The notes under the pieces were generated by a model. The model was not told the DNA's origin. It made no database searches and worked only from the letters and a program-made list of their open reading frames with translations. Below, in pieces: positions 36,866 to 48,828 of a stretch of DNA of 64,000 bases. The stretch is from Eutreptiella sp. 'Long Island Sound 2002' (lineage: Eukaryota; Protista; Euglenida). The position numbers were made by a program, and so were the translations under genes. Each line of letters starts with the position of its first letter. The stretch's first letter is position 1. The stretch lies in assembly GCA_964036045.1 (NCBI GenBank), contig OZ038378.1, positions 196,974,001-197,038,000 on the forward strand. Direction: 5' to 3'.

Positions 36866-38770
36866 AGAAAAAGCCCCCCCCCCCCGGCCCATCGGGGTCC
36901 GTTGCCTGATTCTTCGGCACCCCAGTACGCGTGCTGGGGTGTGGCTCGTGACCACTGGGCACTCCGTGGGCACTCGTGGGTGCCCTTGATGTCCCCGAGA
37001 GCAACAGTGCCTTACCCCCCGGTGTGTGGTCGCGCATGCTCTGCAGGGGGGGTGTCCGTGTGTCTCGCATATCCAAGTTGTGGTGCGCCGTTTGTGTGTC
37101 GCTCGGGTTTGCGCGTCCTTGCGGCAGTCCTCAGGGGTGTGAATGCCATCGCCAGCCGTGTCAGGTCCTGAACCTCTGCCTGGGCTCCTTCGCCCACCTC
37201 GAAAGACTCCTTTGGTCTGCCCACTGGTCGAGTGTAAAAATCCGCCGCAAAATAGCCCGCCTTGGCTCCTCCTTTCGCTGGGCACCGTGGCCTGTCCCCT
37301 GCCGGGGCTCGTGGCTGCTCCGCGCTGCGGGCCTGCTTCTTACCGCGTTTCGCTCTGTGCTTGGCTTGCCTCAATTGTTGGCGTTGCGCCCATCGTTCTT
37401 CCCCATATTTCCGCAGTCGGTGGAGGTGCTTCCCCACGTCTACTGGTTCTAGCGGTCTAGTGGTTTCATGAAGAGGGGGCGCCCCTCCAGCCCCATCCGC
37501 GCCTGCACCCATGGGTATCAGTGACCTGCAGTTGTTTGTGAGCTTGGCCGGGAGGATGGACTCCTTACCCACTGAGCGACCCAGTAACGTGGTGATGAGC
37601 CGCATGACCCGGGCCATTTCTTGCAGGGACATGTCCCCCCCTTGGAATCGGGACTGCGGGGCCGGCGGTAGCTGCCGGCCGGCGTACGCTTCAAAGTTGA
37701 TGGCCAGCTCCATAAAAGACACCTGCCAGTGCGCCCTAGGCTGCCTCTCTTCCGCTGGGGGCAGGTCCAGCCACTGCAGCTCTGACAACCAGTTCAGCAC
37801 CATTGGCAAGAGGTCCGGTCCCCACCGCCACTCCCTAGGCAAGGGCCCGAGCATCGGAACTGGTGTTGTCCGCCGTTGCGTTTGTGGCAACTGTATTTGG
37901 TGTCACGGATACGTGTTCCTTGGCTCCCTCCGGAACTGCGCAGGAAACATGAGGCCCGACTCGTCTTCCCTCTGTTTGCGCGCCTTCAGCACCCGGAGAA
38001 ACATTTTATGCAGCCTGTGGATGAAGAGCTCCCAGGGGTGCGTGTCTTGCTCCGCCCATTTCACGCCGGCTTCCACGAGTCGGCCCTCTTCTCGGAGTTG
38101 GTCCTCCACATCCTCCAGTGGGCGTAGACACCTGTGCCTCGGCACCCTGCCTAGTTCCAGGCATCGTTTGCGCTAGCGTGCATCCTCTCCCATACTGCTC
38201 ACCCGCACCACCTTGTCCGGGAGTATTCCGCATAGTTTCAGGCAGTTTCGGCCAGTTGCTGAGCGACCCAATACGCAGTGCCTTGGCCAGGAGCATGACC
38301 TCGGTGATATTCGACTCTCTTGCCGCCGCCCATGCTGGGCACCTCCAAAGGGGGTGTTCCTCGTCCTCCGTGACTCGCTTGTCGCAGTACGGGCATGTCC
38401 TTGTGGGTCGGAGCCCCCACTCGTGCGCCCGCGCCGCTGTCCATAGGGCCCCCGTCAGGGCCCCCCTAAGCAGCGCCTTGTCCAGCTCCGTGTCACAATG
38501 TGACAGATATGATAGTGTCAAACCCCGGTTTATTTCCCCTCCAAAGCCTAAAAAGAGTAGGGGCCTTCTGGCTTCCACCCGCAGCAATTCTCGCTTTCGC
38601 AGCTCCTCTCGGAGGATGTGCTCCACCTCTTCTTTTGCGTCCAGCGCCATGTTGACCGGCTTCCTGGCCCCCGGGTAGGTCCACTACCACCATCCATGTA
38701 CTTGCAGCCACCCCAGCTTGCGGAGCTCACCCAGGGCCCGCCCCATCGGCCCCGTCATCTTGGGCACAGC

Positions 38771-38986
38771 TCCCCCCGTTAGTCGGGCTCTCATCTCCAG
38801 CAGCATACCAGGTATGACACCAAGGTCTCGCAGGCTCACGTTTCTCACCAACACCGTAGCCCCCGCAATGAAGATGACGTTCTCAAGCTGTTCAGGACAC
38901 CATGCTGCAAACTGCCTGCAGTCCCTGTCCATCTGTACTGGTACCTGGTGCACGGCCCCTTGCAGGTCTCGCAGTAGAACGTGGCG
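38771..38986 (-). other. Ubiquitin-like domain ending in di-Gly inside LINE ORF2
   Basis: RHVLLRDLQGAVHQVPV ... VIFIAGATVLVRNVSLRDLGVIPGMLLEMRARLTGG, 72 aa. It aligns by eye with ubiquitin beta1-beta2 and the C-terminal L-x5-L-x-D-x2-I-x5-L-x4-RL-x-GG pattern. Confidence 0.65.
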
Positions 38987-39419
38987 ATCCCATACCAGCA
39001 ATTGCCCTTCCGGGTCCAGTGGCCGATCGTCCGCACCTTCTGGGAAGAACACCGTCCTGTGTACCTCAGTGAAGCCGTCGCCTGTCCTCACATTGTCCCA
39101 CTCATCGAGCACCGCGTCCGAGTCCCAACCCTCTTCTTGGTCTTGCCACCATTCTACGAGCTCCTCTATATCCGCACGGTCCTCTCTCCCGAAATCATTT
39201 TCCCCTGCACCAGGGGGGTTACCAGGCACCTCCATGTCTAGCTCAACCTCGCTTTTGCCGCTGCTGCACTCCCGGGGCTGCCCGACCCCGCCCAAACGGG
39301 CACGCATCGCGCTTGGCAAGCAAGGGCGTAGGCCATTCCCCTGGTTAGTGTGCACCACTGCCTCCTGTGCGTGTGTCGCCGCCTTGGAGCCATCAATCAC
39401 CTCCGTATCCAACTCTGCT

Positions 39420-39965
39420 GCGCTCCTGCCGCCGCTGCACCCCCGCCCTTGTCAGCAGCCGTCGCCACCAGACCGGGATCGAGGGGGGCCACACCTAGTG
39501 AGCCTCTCACTGTGGTCACAGTGGATTCCATCACCCGGTCGGCCTGCTTCGCGGGAAACACCGGCGCGTGTCGCCGCTGTGTGGTCACCACAGTCCTGCA
39601 TACCCAGCCCCACTGCTCTCCTGCCGCCGCTGCACCCCCGCCCTTGCCAGCAGCCGTCGCCACTGGACCGGGACCGAGGGAGACCAGACCCGGCGAGCCT
39701 CTCACCGTCGTCACAGTGGATTCCATCGCCTGGCTGGCCTGCTTCGCGGGAACCGCTGGCGTTTGCCGCCGCGGGGAAGTCACCGGGCACTTCTGTACCC
39801 AGTTCTGGTGTGCTCCTGCCGGGGCTGCATCGTCGCCATTGCCAGCAGTCGCCGTGACTGGTCTTGGTCGGGGCGGGGCCGTCGTCTGACCCAGTGAGTC
39901 CCTCACCGCCATCACCATAGGGTCGATCCCCAGGCCGGCCTTCCACGCGGGCCGCACCGGCTTGT
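39420..39965. repeat. 195-bp (65-codon) tandem repeat, about 3 copies, in frame in LINE ORF2
   Basis: cctgccg... starts at 39425, 39620 and 39815 (period 195). Confidence 0.85.
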
Positions 39966-42120
39966 ATCGTTGCTAGGGGACTATAGGGCACACCTGCACC
40001 GTGCTCCCCCTGGTACTTGTCGCCTCCGTACCCCCGCTCTCGCCCCCGAATGCTTCCACCGGGCTTTGCTTGGGGCAGGCCGCTATCAACATGGCCCACG
40101 ATCATCCCACCGTCGTCGTCACGAGGCCCACCGCGGGGCGTCCCAGTTTCCTCCGCGTCCTGATATCCCAGTCGGCCGGTCTGGTCGTTGTCGTCCCTGA
40201 CCACTTCTCCACGTTGGTGAGCTGCTGACGCCCCCACGGCATGAGAAAGGCACCCGTAGTCGCGGGGTGCCTCCGACTGGGCCTGTCTGCTCATGTAAAA
40301 ATCAAAAACAGCCTGCACAGTGAAAAGGGTGCAACCTGCAGTTCAGAACTACAGCCAAGGCAAAGGCTGCTGCAGTCTCTGCTACCGACAACCTCCATCA
40401 GAACTTCAATACAGCGTACAGGGGTTTGTCTCCCACACTGCTTGTGCAATGGACTGCGGCGTCCCTCTCGTCCTTGCCAAGTTCGCCAACCAGCAGGCCC
40501 TCTTGTATGGGATGAGCATCGTTGGCGCCATCCTATGTCCCGGCACCAGTAGTGCAAACACGATTTCCTTCGCCCTGCATGGCTTGGTCGGCCCCCATAG
40601 TATGTGCAGCACCGCCGCCTCCAATCCCATGGCATGCTTCATCGTTACATCCGCCAACTCTGCCCCGTAGAGGCCTGCCGCTAGGATCATTACCGCTACG
40701 ATGAGCGCTCGTCCTTCGAATCCCACTGGGAGCATTCTTGCCTTTCTCAGGGCTTTCTTAGCCGACTCCATGCGCTTTTCCATAAGCGGCCCTGTCCCTC
40801 GCTTAGGCGCCGTGCGTACTCCCATGCCCAGTTGCCGGAACTCGCGCTGGACTGGTAGCTGTTCCCCGTCCAGCTCTGCCCGCAGCGGTTGTGCTGATCT
40901 GCCCATGACTTGGCCCACTCCGAAGACCATGGACTTCTTCACATTTATTTCCTGCCCTGTGAGGCGGACCCACTGGCTGGTGGCGGCCAGCATCAAGGCC
41001 AGAGACACAATGCTTACGGCCACCATGTATGTGTCGTCCGCATAGCCCTCTGCCGAGATGTGTACTTCCACTCCTGGCGCACACTCGTCCTCTGCCTCCT
41101 CTGGCTCCGTCATTGTGGGCTGGCCCTCGTCGCTTTGGTCCTCAAAGAGCACCCTTGGCCGCATTGGCGACGTCTGGTCTTCCCCGCCTAGGTCCTCCAC
41201 CCGGCGCGCTGGGGACCGCAGCGACGCCCTGGACGTCTCGGTGCTTGCTGGCGATGGCATTTCCTCCGGGCACAGCCTCGCCCAGACTACTGCCGCTGGG
41301 GTGCACTCTCCTGGGGCCTTGGGCATCGGCCTCAGCGGGGGATTGGTGTCTCCCCCTTGGTCCGGATTCGGTGGCAGGTGCCACTGATTGCCCACTAGCC
41401 AGCCCAGCTCCGCGCAGTAGCAGGGGTCTTCGCATACCCACACCCATCTCTGCTCCACTCCTTCCCCTCGCCGTGTCCACTAGCATGTTGGTAGCTGCGG
41501 CTCCTTTGGTTTGGGCGGCAGCGCTTTTGTCTTGACCGTGACGGGTGTACGCATATCGTCAATGACGCGTTTCCACGTGGTGGTTAGTGCGTTTATGACT
41601 AAGACGCTCAGTGGGCATCCCTGTAGGATGCCGTTTGTGGCCCTCCACCATGCCCCGAGGCATCCATTGATTTTGAACATTCGCTGCAGCTGTGTGTACA
41701 TTCCGCGGAAGGCTCTTAGCACTCCGGCCTCCATCCCCTGGATGTCCAGCATCTTGATGGATATGGCTTGCGGCACAAGGTCAAAGCACTTGGTGTAGTC
41801 CGAGCCCGCCCCCACAATGGGGGCTTTCAGGGCATGTGACAGCTCTATTAGCAGGGTGAGGACCGCCGCCGCATCCAGCGAGCTTCTGTGTGGCCTGAAT
41901 GCGTAGGATTCCTCATGGGCCCAGCCCTCTTGCCACTCCATGGCGTCCTCCATGCGCACCCCCGCCCAGATGCGGTATATCTGCGACGGCACCGTGAGTG
42001 GTCTCAGTTTCATGGGGTCTCCTCCCCCCTCCCCCTTGGGAACTGGCGACGTGAAGCCCTCTGCCACCCTGTCCGGCCACGTCCTTGTCTTCTCAACCAT
42101 TTGCAATAGTTCTGACAAGG

Positions 42121-42527
42121 TGTGCGTGTGTCAATTGCCAATTGCCCCACATTGGGGGTATTTTCTTCGCCTTTAGTCCTCGCCGGTGGCAGTTCTTTGA
42201 AGTCCATTGATGTTCCATCTCCCTCAAGATCAGAAGTATATAATCCGGCTCAGGGTCAAGTAGTTCCAGTGGCCCTTGCCACTCGCACTTCCTTCGTCTA
42301 CTGACTGACTGTACCTCCTCTCCTTCGCTGCTATCAGACGCTTGTATTGCCATATGCCTATTGATTTATATTTTGCGTGCGCTTCTCCGATTGCCCAGCC
42401 TGTGACCCACCACGTCTTGCGACCTTGCGTACAATGGACAATTTCGTTCCTTTCTTTGCTGATTTGTCTGCCTCCTCATTGTGTGGCACAGCATTGTGCC
42501 CATACACGTGCACCACTTTCCAACCCC

Positions 42528-42528
<1 letters not shown>
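42121..42528 (-). mobile_element. 3' fragment of an RNase H-bearing LINE
   Basis: HVYGHNAVPHNEEADKSAKKG is the RNase H C-terminal motif. The 3' end ...ggggcaattggcaattg is shared with 47520-48110. Confidence 0.7.

Positions 42529-42588
<60 letters not shown>
42529..42588. repeat. (GT)30 microsatellite at a retroelement junction
   Basis: Read directly. Confidence 0.95.
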
Positions 42589-42590
<2 letters not shown>

Positions 42591-44035
42591 CGCCCAATTC
42601 AATTAAATCTTGCTCAAACTGCGAGGTTCAACATCTAAGACCTACTGCTAAGCGATTGAACCATGTGTTCTGAAGTTCTTGCACCCCGTCATCGGGTTGT
42701 TGGGAACCAGGTTGAGAGATGGCAGACATGCAACAAGAGTGAGTGGTGCCTGTGCTCCTACCGCACCCTGCATCCCTTCTCCGTGTTGCCGTGCGTCCCT
42801 GAGTGGAGGCCACCTAGGCGAGTCCACTGTGTGCTGGAGGCGGCCGCGGGGGCTGAAGCCCACGGGATCCACTGGAGCTCTCGTGCTTGGAGGGGGTGGA
42901 AAGGGGCTGGGGAGGGTTCTGGCGATCACGGGAAGAGTTGCTTGGCCGAACTGGCCGCTTTCCGTGACCGTTTGATCATGCATTGCACTTCCGCGCCACC
43001 GAGCGGCGTGTACGGCAACGGACTGAAAACAGGTGTTTTGGGAGATGGTATTGGGGAGGCCAGAAACCCTTGGTCAGGCGGTGAGTGCAGACACAGATCC
43101 TCTCTGGACAGCATCGGAGGCGAAGACTCCGAGGACGCCTCAGAGGAGCGCCCATGGCTGACCGTTGTGGCTTCACTGCCTATTGGTAACTCTAGGTTGG
43201 GAAAGGGTACCTGTTGCTCCCGGGCACTGGGCACCGGTGACACTTCTCCCCCCCGTTCTAGCGAAACTGACTGACCCCATTCCAATTGCTGTCGCGGCAG
43301 CCCTACTGCCTCACTGACTAGACATAAGTCATGTCGAAGCTCTGATGACCCCCCCCCCCCCCCCGGTCGTGTTTCCATTGAACCGAGGCCCTTCTTTCCT
43401 CGCATTGGTGCAGTACGTGACTCAGGAGGGGCCAGGACTCGCAGGCTTGATGTGGCCACTTGTCCGGCCCTTCGCGCACTCTGGTCGTTAAGCCACAGCG
43501 CAGTTCCGAATGGAGACATGGGATTCGTAAAGAAGAATGAATACGTTGTGGATGACGTAAGCGGAAGGGCCAGCCGGCTTGAGGCAGATTGCTCCACGCC
43601 ATATGGCGTAGCTGCAGGGCTGACAATGGCAGAGGGGTTCGACGTGTGACCCAGTCCTCAACCTCCCGGAACAGGGCTGCCATCTTCGGATGATCCCTAC
43701 CCAATCTCAAAATTTGGACAAAAACATGGGAGTGTGTCCATAACATATAGTCTCCTGCTGTCCCTAGATCATAACCCCCCCCCATCAACAAGCTGCTGCC
43801 AGCAGGACAATGGTAGGTCCCAATTCTTGATCTGTAGTGATGTACGCATGGCCATGTTGGCCTTGCGAATGACCTCCATCGTTGGAAAAAACTGCACTGC
43901 CACATGGCGCAAAACTGGATAGGCCCAGAGATGCAGGGCCTGAACCCTTTCCTTCTCTGTCAGGGGAAGGGACGCCAGGAACCAAGCCTTGGCTTGCAGT
44001 TTGGCAAGTGGACCGTGAAACTGCTCCATGACTAT

Positions 44036-44073
<38 letters not shown>

Positions 44074-44400
44074 ACGCCCAATCTTTCAAATCACACTCCA
44101 ACTGCGAGGTTCAACATTGCTAATCAACCGAACCATGAGTTGTGATGTTGCCCCGTCGACGGGCTTCAAGAAACTGAATTGAGAGACACGAGCATACATG
44201 CAACAAAAGGGCGTAGAATCTGTGTTCCTACCGCACCTTGCATCCCATCTCTGTGCTTCCGTGCTGCCCTGTCGCTCTGGCACTCATCCCTCTTTACCAA
44301 AAAGATCCCATCCAGGGTGAGGGACATGAGGGAACGCTCATACTGCTGCCCTAAGCTGGTGTGCAAGGGCGTTCACACGTTACAGGATTTTTTCACCCCC
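42589..44400 (-). mobile_element. Stacked LINE 3' fragments ending in ttgggcgtc(AC)n, plus an L1/Tx1-like post-RT fragment (43400-44035)
   Basis: The terminus gacgcccaa...tcaaactgcgaggttcaac follows (GT)n at 42589 and 44073. The fragment AKLQAKAWFLASLPL...LWAYPVL...QQLVDGGGL resembles an L1-like thumb. Confidence 0.6.
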
Positions 44401-44410
44401 GTAAATAAGA

Positions 44411-45070
44411 GTGGACCTCATCTCATCTTTTCCAACGTCCATCACGGTACCGTACACCAGGAAGATAGTTGACTTGGCGGACGAGGCAGCCACAGGGCAG
44501 GAGGACGGTGAGCGAATGCCAACCCCTCCGTTGGAGCAATGGTCCTTTTTACAAATCTGCAATGCAAGGGCGCGGACATGCCGCATCGAAGAACGACAGT
44601 CGCAGGCGATGTGGGAGGAACTGTCGCGTTTCAAAGTCCCCCCCAAACTGCATCACTTTGTCCTCAAGGCGCTATGGCGCAAGCTGCCTGTGGCGGCGCG
44701 AATGTTTTCTTTCAAACTGATTTCTTCCCAAGACTGCCAGTTATGCTGCTTGTCAAAGGATCGCCACCATTCTTTGAAGAGCTGCCCGTACTTGTCACTG
44801 CCTTTTTCGATCATCCGCCAATTGTGGGGGGCGGTGATCCACGAGTCTCATTGGATTGAACCCTCCCGGCTGTGCCTGGAGCACAGCCTACAGTCCCTCC
44901 CAACCGTACAGGGGTGGCTCTGCTGGGCTGCCATCTATGCCCGATGGCTCATGAGATGCGAGTGCATTACAATTCAACGGCCTAATATTACGACGGCCAT
45001 TTTGCAGCGCTGGTACTCGATATTCAAGGTATGGCAGACGCTATCACAAGGCTCCACGGCGTCCGCATGA
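44411..45070 (+). mobile_element. LINE ORF2 C-terminal zf-RVT fragment (second copy on minus strand at about 46750-47330)
   Basis: WEELSRFKVPPKLHHFVLKALWRKLPVAAR...CQLC..SKDRHHSLKSC. The near-identical peptide PYLSLPFSII..LWG..WIEPSR also occurs at 46951-47193. Confidence 0.75.
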
Positions 45071-47516
45071 GCGCCGGCGTGCCCGATGGCCGGAGGAGCC
45101 AGATTTGGGGAAAATAGACCAGAGAAGTGTGCAGCCATTGTCCAGGTCCTAGGGGATACCCCGAGTCGCAAATCCGTATTGTAGCACGAAATCAAGAGGG
45201 GGACATCTTGAGGTGTGTCCCTTAGTGCATGCACTATCGATGCACACTCACCCTGAAATGGGGAAACATCGCCGAAAAAATGCAGTGAAAACCTTTTGAA
45301 TCGCGTGCTGCGAAAGACACCCCGCTAGCCACCGGGTAGGAGCTAGGCCGACCACAGCCTGATCAGCGGGGGTTCCGCGGCCAGCAGAATCTGCCGCACC
45401 CTCTTGCGTTTGGAGGCATTTGTCGGTTCCAGAAATCCAATCCCGAAATATCTTTTATGCGTTCCCCATTTCTCGGATTTCGCACGTCATGCTATTTCAC
45501 CTAATTTGGGGGTTCTAAAAAAAAAGCCGGGGGTGTTAGAAAATTACATGCTGAAATTGGACCCTTAGAAAAAGCAATAGGACTTTAGCAACCAGTCAAT
45601 CAAGCCCCCAGCCCGCGGCCCCTTTTCTTGACCCACACCGAACCCCATTGACTCCAGCGCCCCCCCCTTTGCCGGCTCATTCCACTTGTTTAGGCACCCC
45701 AAATGGTCTAGAATCATTTTTGGAAAAACATATTTTTGACCCATTTTGGACCCATTTTTTGTCCCAAAATAGCCCATTTTCAAGGCATTTAGCCCACTGG
45801 GCCGAGGTAGGGGGGTCTAGGCGGTTAGGGCAATTTTGAGGGGTGGAAACGACCAAAAGTGGGTGGTTGCGGGTGGATTAGGTTCGCTCGAAATCGCTTT
45901 TAGAGCCATGTAGCGCAAGATATTGTCTATTTTTGGTTTGGGGCTGTCGGCGGCCAATGTGCACAAATTTTGGGGCTTTTGGGGGCCTTTTGGGGGTGGT
46001 TTGCGGACATATTGTGGAGTTAGAGGGCCCTGCGGCACAGGGAAGTCTAGCTGCATGTGTAGAGTAGCCACTATTTGCCTTCAGTTGGCCGTTTTCATCA
46101 CGTTGTAGGGTGTTTTGGGCAAAAAAAAAAAAGCTGATTTTGGCCCTAAATTACAGTTTTTTAAATGGAGGTCCGGCACTTGCGACGCCCGTTCCCGGCC
46201 ACCACCATTGAGTTTTTGGCTCATACTTTGTGTGGTTGTCCCTCACACCCATAGGTAGCCCACCAGCTTGGTCCCAATATTCAATCCTGGTTAGGGTGAG
46301 TGGCCTAACCCTCAGCTTAACCCTAACCAAAAACTGTCCATTATGAGTCCATATCCCCAACTCAAGGGGCCACAAAAAACTGTGGATGTGGAGCCCACAA
46401 ATACGCCAGAAGAATTTTTTTTCAAAAATGGAGCGCTTGCGTCAAAAAAAAAACCTTAGAGCCACCGCACGGGGCATTTTTTTAAAAAGCGGGGGGTCAG
46501 AAACCCCCCACGTTATCCAATTTCTGAGAAACCCCCCCCTCCGAGCAAAACTACAATAGAACAATCCATACCTTGCTACTTTAGAGGTGTTCGGGGGTTG
46601 ATGAATCCATATGTTGCTACTCCAAAACAAATTCTACAAAATAGTTGCATACAAAAGGTCCCGCCTGGGCCCCAACAACAAACAAATGGGGGGTTTGATT
46701 GTCCATAAAATGGTACCTTTGGCACCTTGGAAAAGAGGGGGGGGGGGTGGCCAAACTAGCATGATGAATTACCAGTGATTGTTGCACACGTAAAAACGGC
46801 GATATTGCCTTTAAGGTTGTTGCAATTGTATTGGCCGGGATGCTGCCGTTGAGAGTGATTGCCAGATTTTGAGGACGGAGTACCATCGCTGAAGGAATGC
46901 GGTGAAGTGAGAAAGTCACATCTCGTCAACCAACGCGCGTAAATCGCCACCTAGCATAGCCACCCCTGCACTGTCGTGAGGGACTTGAGGCTATGTTCAT
47001 TACAGACCCGGGAGGGTTCAATCCATGTATTCTCGTGTACCACCACCCCCCACAATCGCTTGATGATGGAAAAAGGCAGAGACAGGTAAGGGCGGCACTT
47101 GAGTGCAGGTGGGTGATCTTCCGAGATATGGCAGAGCGTGCACACTGGGGATGATGTGATGTGAAGGGAGAACATGCGCGCTGCTAAAGGCAATTTTCAC
47201 CAGAGCGCATGTAACACAAAGTTGAAGAGCTTCGGTGGCACATTGAAACTGGCTAGGGTTTCCCACACCTCTGCAGACTGTCTTTCTTCTATGCAGCATG
47301 ACATTGCCCTGGAACATAGGACCTTGAATGGCCAATTACCAATGGACAAGGAAATGGTGCCCCGTCCCCCCTCCCTATCTGTGATCTTTCCGCCAAATCA
47401 ATAATTTTTCAGGTATACAATGCTCTTATGGAGCGTAGTAGGGAGGGGATGAGGTCTACACAAATCTGTCCATTGGTGTCATAAAATCCTGCAATGTGTT
47501 CACCCCCCTTCGGGAC

Positions 47517-48290
47517 GTGTGTGTGCCAATTGCCAATTGCCCCACCGCAGGGGTGGTTTCTCACGCAATCAGTCCGTGCCAGCGGCAGTTCTCTGGGGAT
47601 TGTCTTGGCACCTCTTGATGCCATAGATTTCTTCCCTGCCCTAGCCCTGCATGCAGACGGAGGTAGGTTCGTCAGTCAGTGTACAGTTTCCTCGGCAGTC
47701 TGTCTAGCACTTAATCCAGCTCGGGGTTCAGTATATCAAGGGGCGCATTGCGCATCACTCTACGCCTAACAACACACAGCGACAAGCCAGCACACATGTA
47801 TGTGTGCCAATTGCCAATTGCCCCACCGCAGGGGTGGTTTCTCATGCAATCAGTCCGTGCCAGCGGCAGTTCTGTGGGAATTGTCTTGGCACCTCTTGAT
47901 GCCATAGATTTCTTCCCTGCCCTAGCCCTGCATGCAGACGGAGGTAGGTTCGTCAGTCAGTGTACAGTTTCCTCGGCAGTCTGTCTAGCACTTAATCCAG
48001 CTCGGGGTTCAGTGTATCAAGGGGCGCATTGCGCATCACTCTACGCCTAACAACACACAGCGACAAGCCAGCACACATGTATGTGTGCCAATTGCCAATT
48101 GCCCCAACGCAGGGGTGGTTTCTCATGCAATCAGTCCGTGCCAGCGGCAGTTCTGTGGGAATTGTCTTGGCTCCTCTTGATGCCATAGATTTCTTCCCTG
48201 CCCTAGCCCTGCATGCAGACTGAGGTAGGTTTGTTGGTCACTGTACACTGTCCTCGGCAGTCTGTCTAGCACTTAATCCGGGTCGGGCGC
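47517..48290. repeat. 281-bp tandem triplication of the RNase H-LINE 3' end
   Basis: gtgtgccaattgccaattg starts at 47521, 47802 and 48083. Confidence 0.9.
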
Positions 48291-48800
48291 ATTGCACATC
48301 TGTCTACACATGTGCCGTATGTGTGCTGCCTTGTCGCTTTCTGTGTTGTTGTCTCACACCTGCACCGCTGCCTGTCTCTTGATTTCCCTGCCCCTAGTCT
48401 GTTTTCGTCTGGTAGCCTCTGGACTGCCTTGTGGCATGCCCCTGACACGCCTCGGCCTGTGCACCTTGGACATCGCCGCCCCTGCCTTTGCTAGGGTGTC
48501 CGCCTCTTCATTATACACCAGTCTGTTGCGTCCGTACACATGTGTCATCAACATGCGCGCTATTCTGGCCTGACATATCTGGTATATGTCCTCCCACATA
48601 TCATGGTGTCGCACCGGCTTCTTGCCTTGCGCCATCCACCCCCTACGTTGAGACATCTACAAATTGGAAAAGATGTCCACACACCACTTTGAATCACTAT
48701 ATGGACACAATTCCCGGGATTTTGGCATCTGTTGCATTGCTGCCCTCACTGCTGAAACTTCCACTCTATTATTCGTTTGGGCTCCCACCGCTGGCTGACT
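48290..48800 (-). mobile_element. LINE RNase H domain fragment
   Basis: QTNNRVEVSAVRAA...YSDSKW, GWMAQGKKPVRHHDMWEDI and HVYGRNRLVYNEEADTLAKAG. Confidence 0.8.
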
Positions 48801-48828
48801 TACTGTGTGTGTGTGTGTGTGTGTGTCT

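Larger units (their letters stand above)
36890..42118 (-). mobile_element. 5'-truncated non-LTR retrotransposon ORF2: RT, thumb, repeat/Ubl insert, CCHC finger, C-terminal Cys/His cluster
   Basis: RT motifs LRPLTV, AFRP, SDYTKCFD, QGCPLS (41606-41623) and YADD (41033-41044). Finger CPYC-x8-H-x4-C. C-terminal CETHGHPPCRAC..HCCSRGH. One reading frame runs 42118 to about 38200 with isolated stops, then a frameshift. Confidence 0.85.

Noticed and set aside
35493-37076. Single 527-aa LINE-PLE fusion protein
   Set aside because: The first about 70 codons are out-of-frame LINE 3' sequence joined across a C15 run, so this is more likely adjacency of two truncated elements.
38718-39857. 379-aa plus-strand ORF (also 56116-57843 plus-strand ORFs)
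   Set aside because: Antisense shadows of GC-rich, repeat-containing minus-strand coding sequence.
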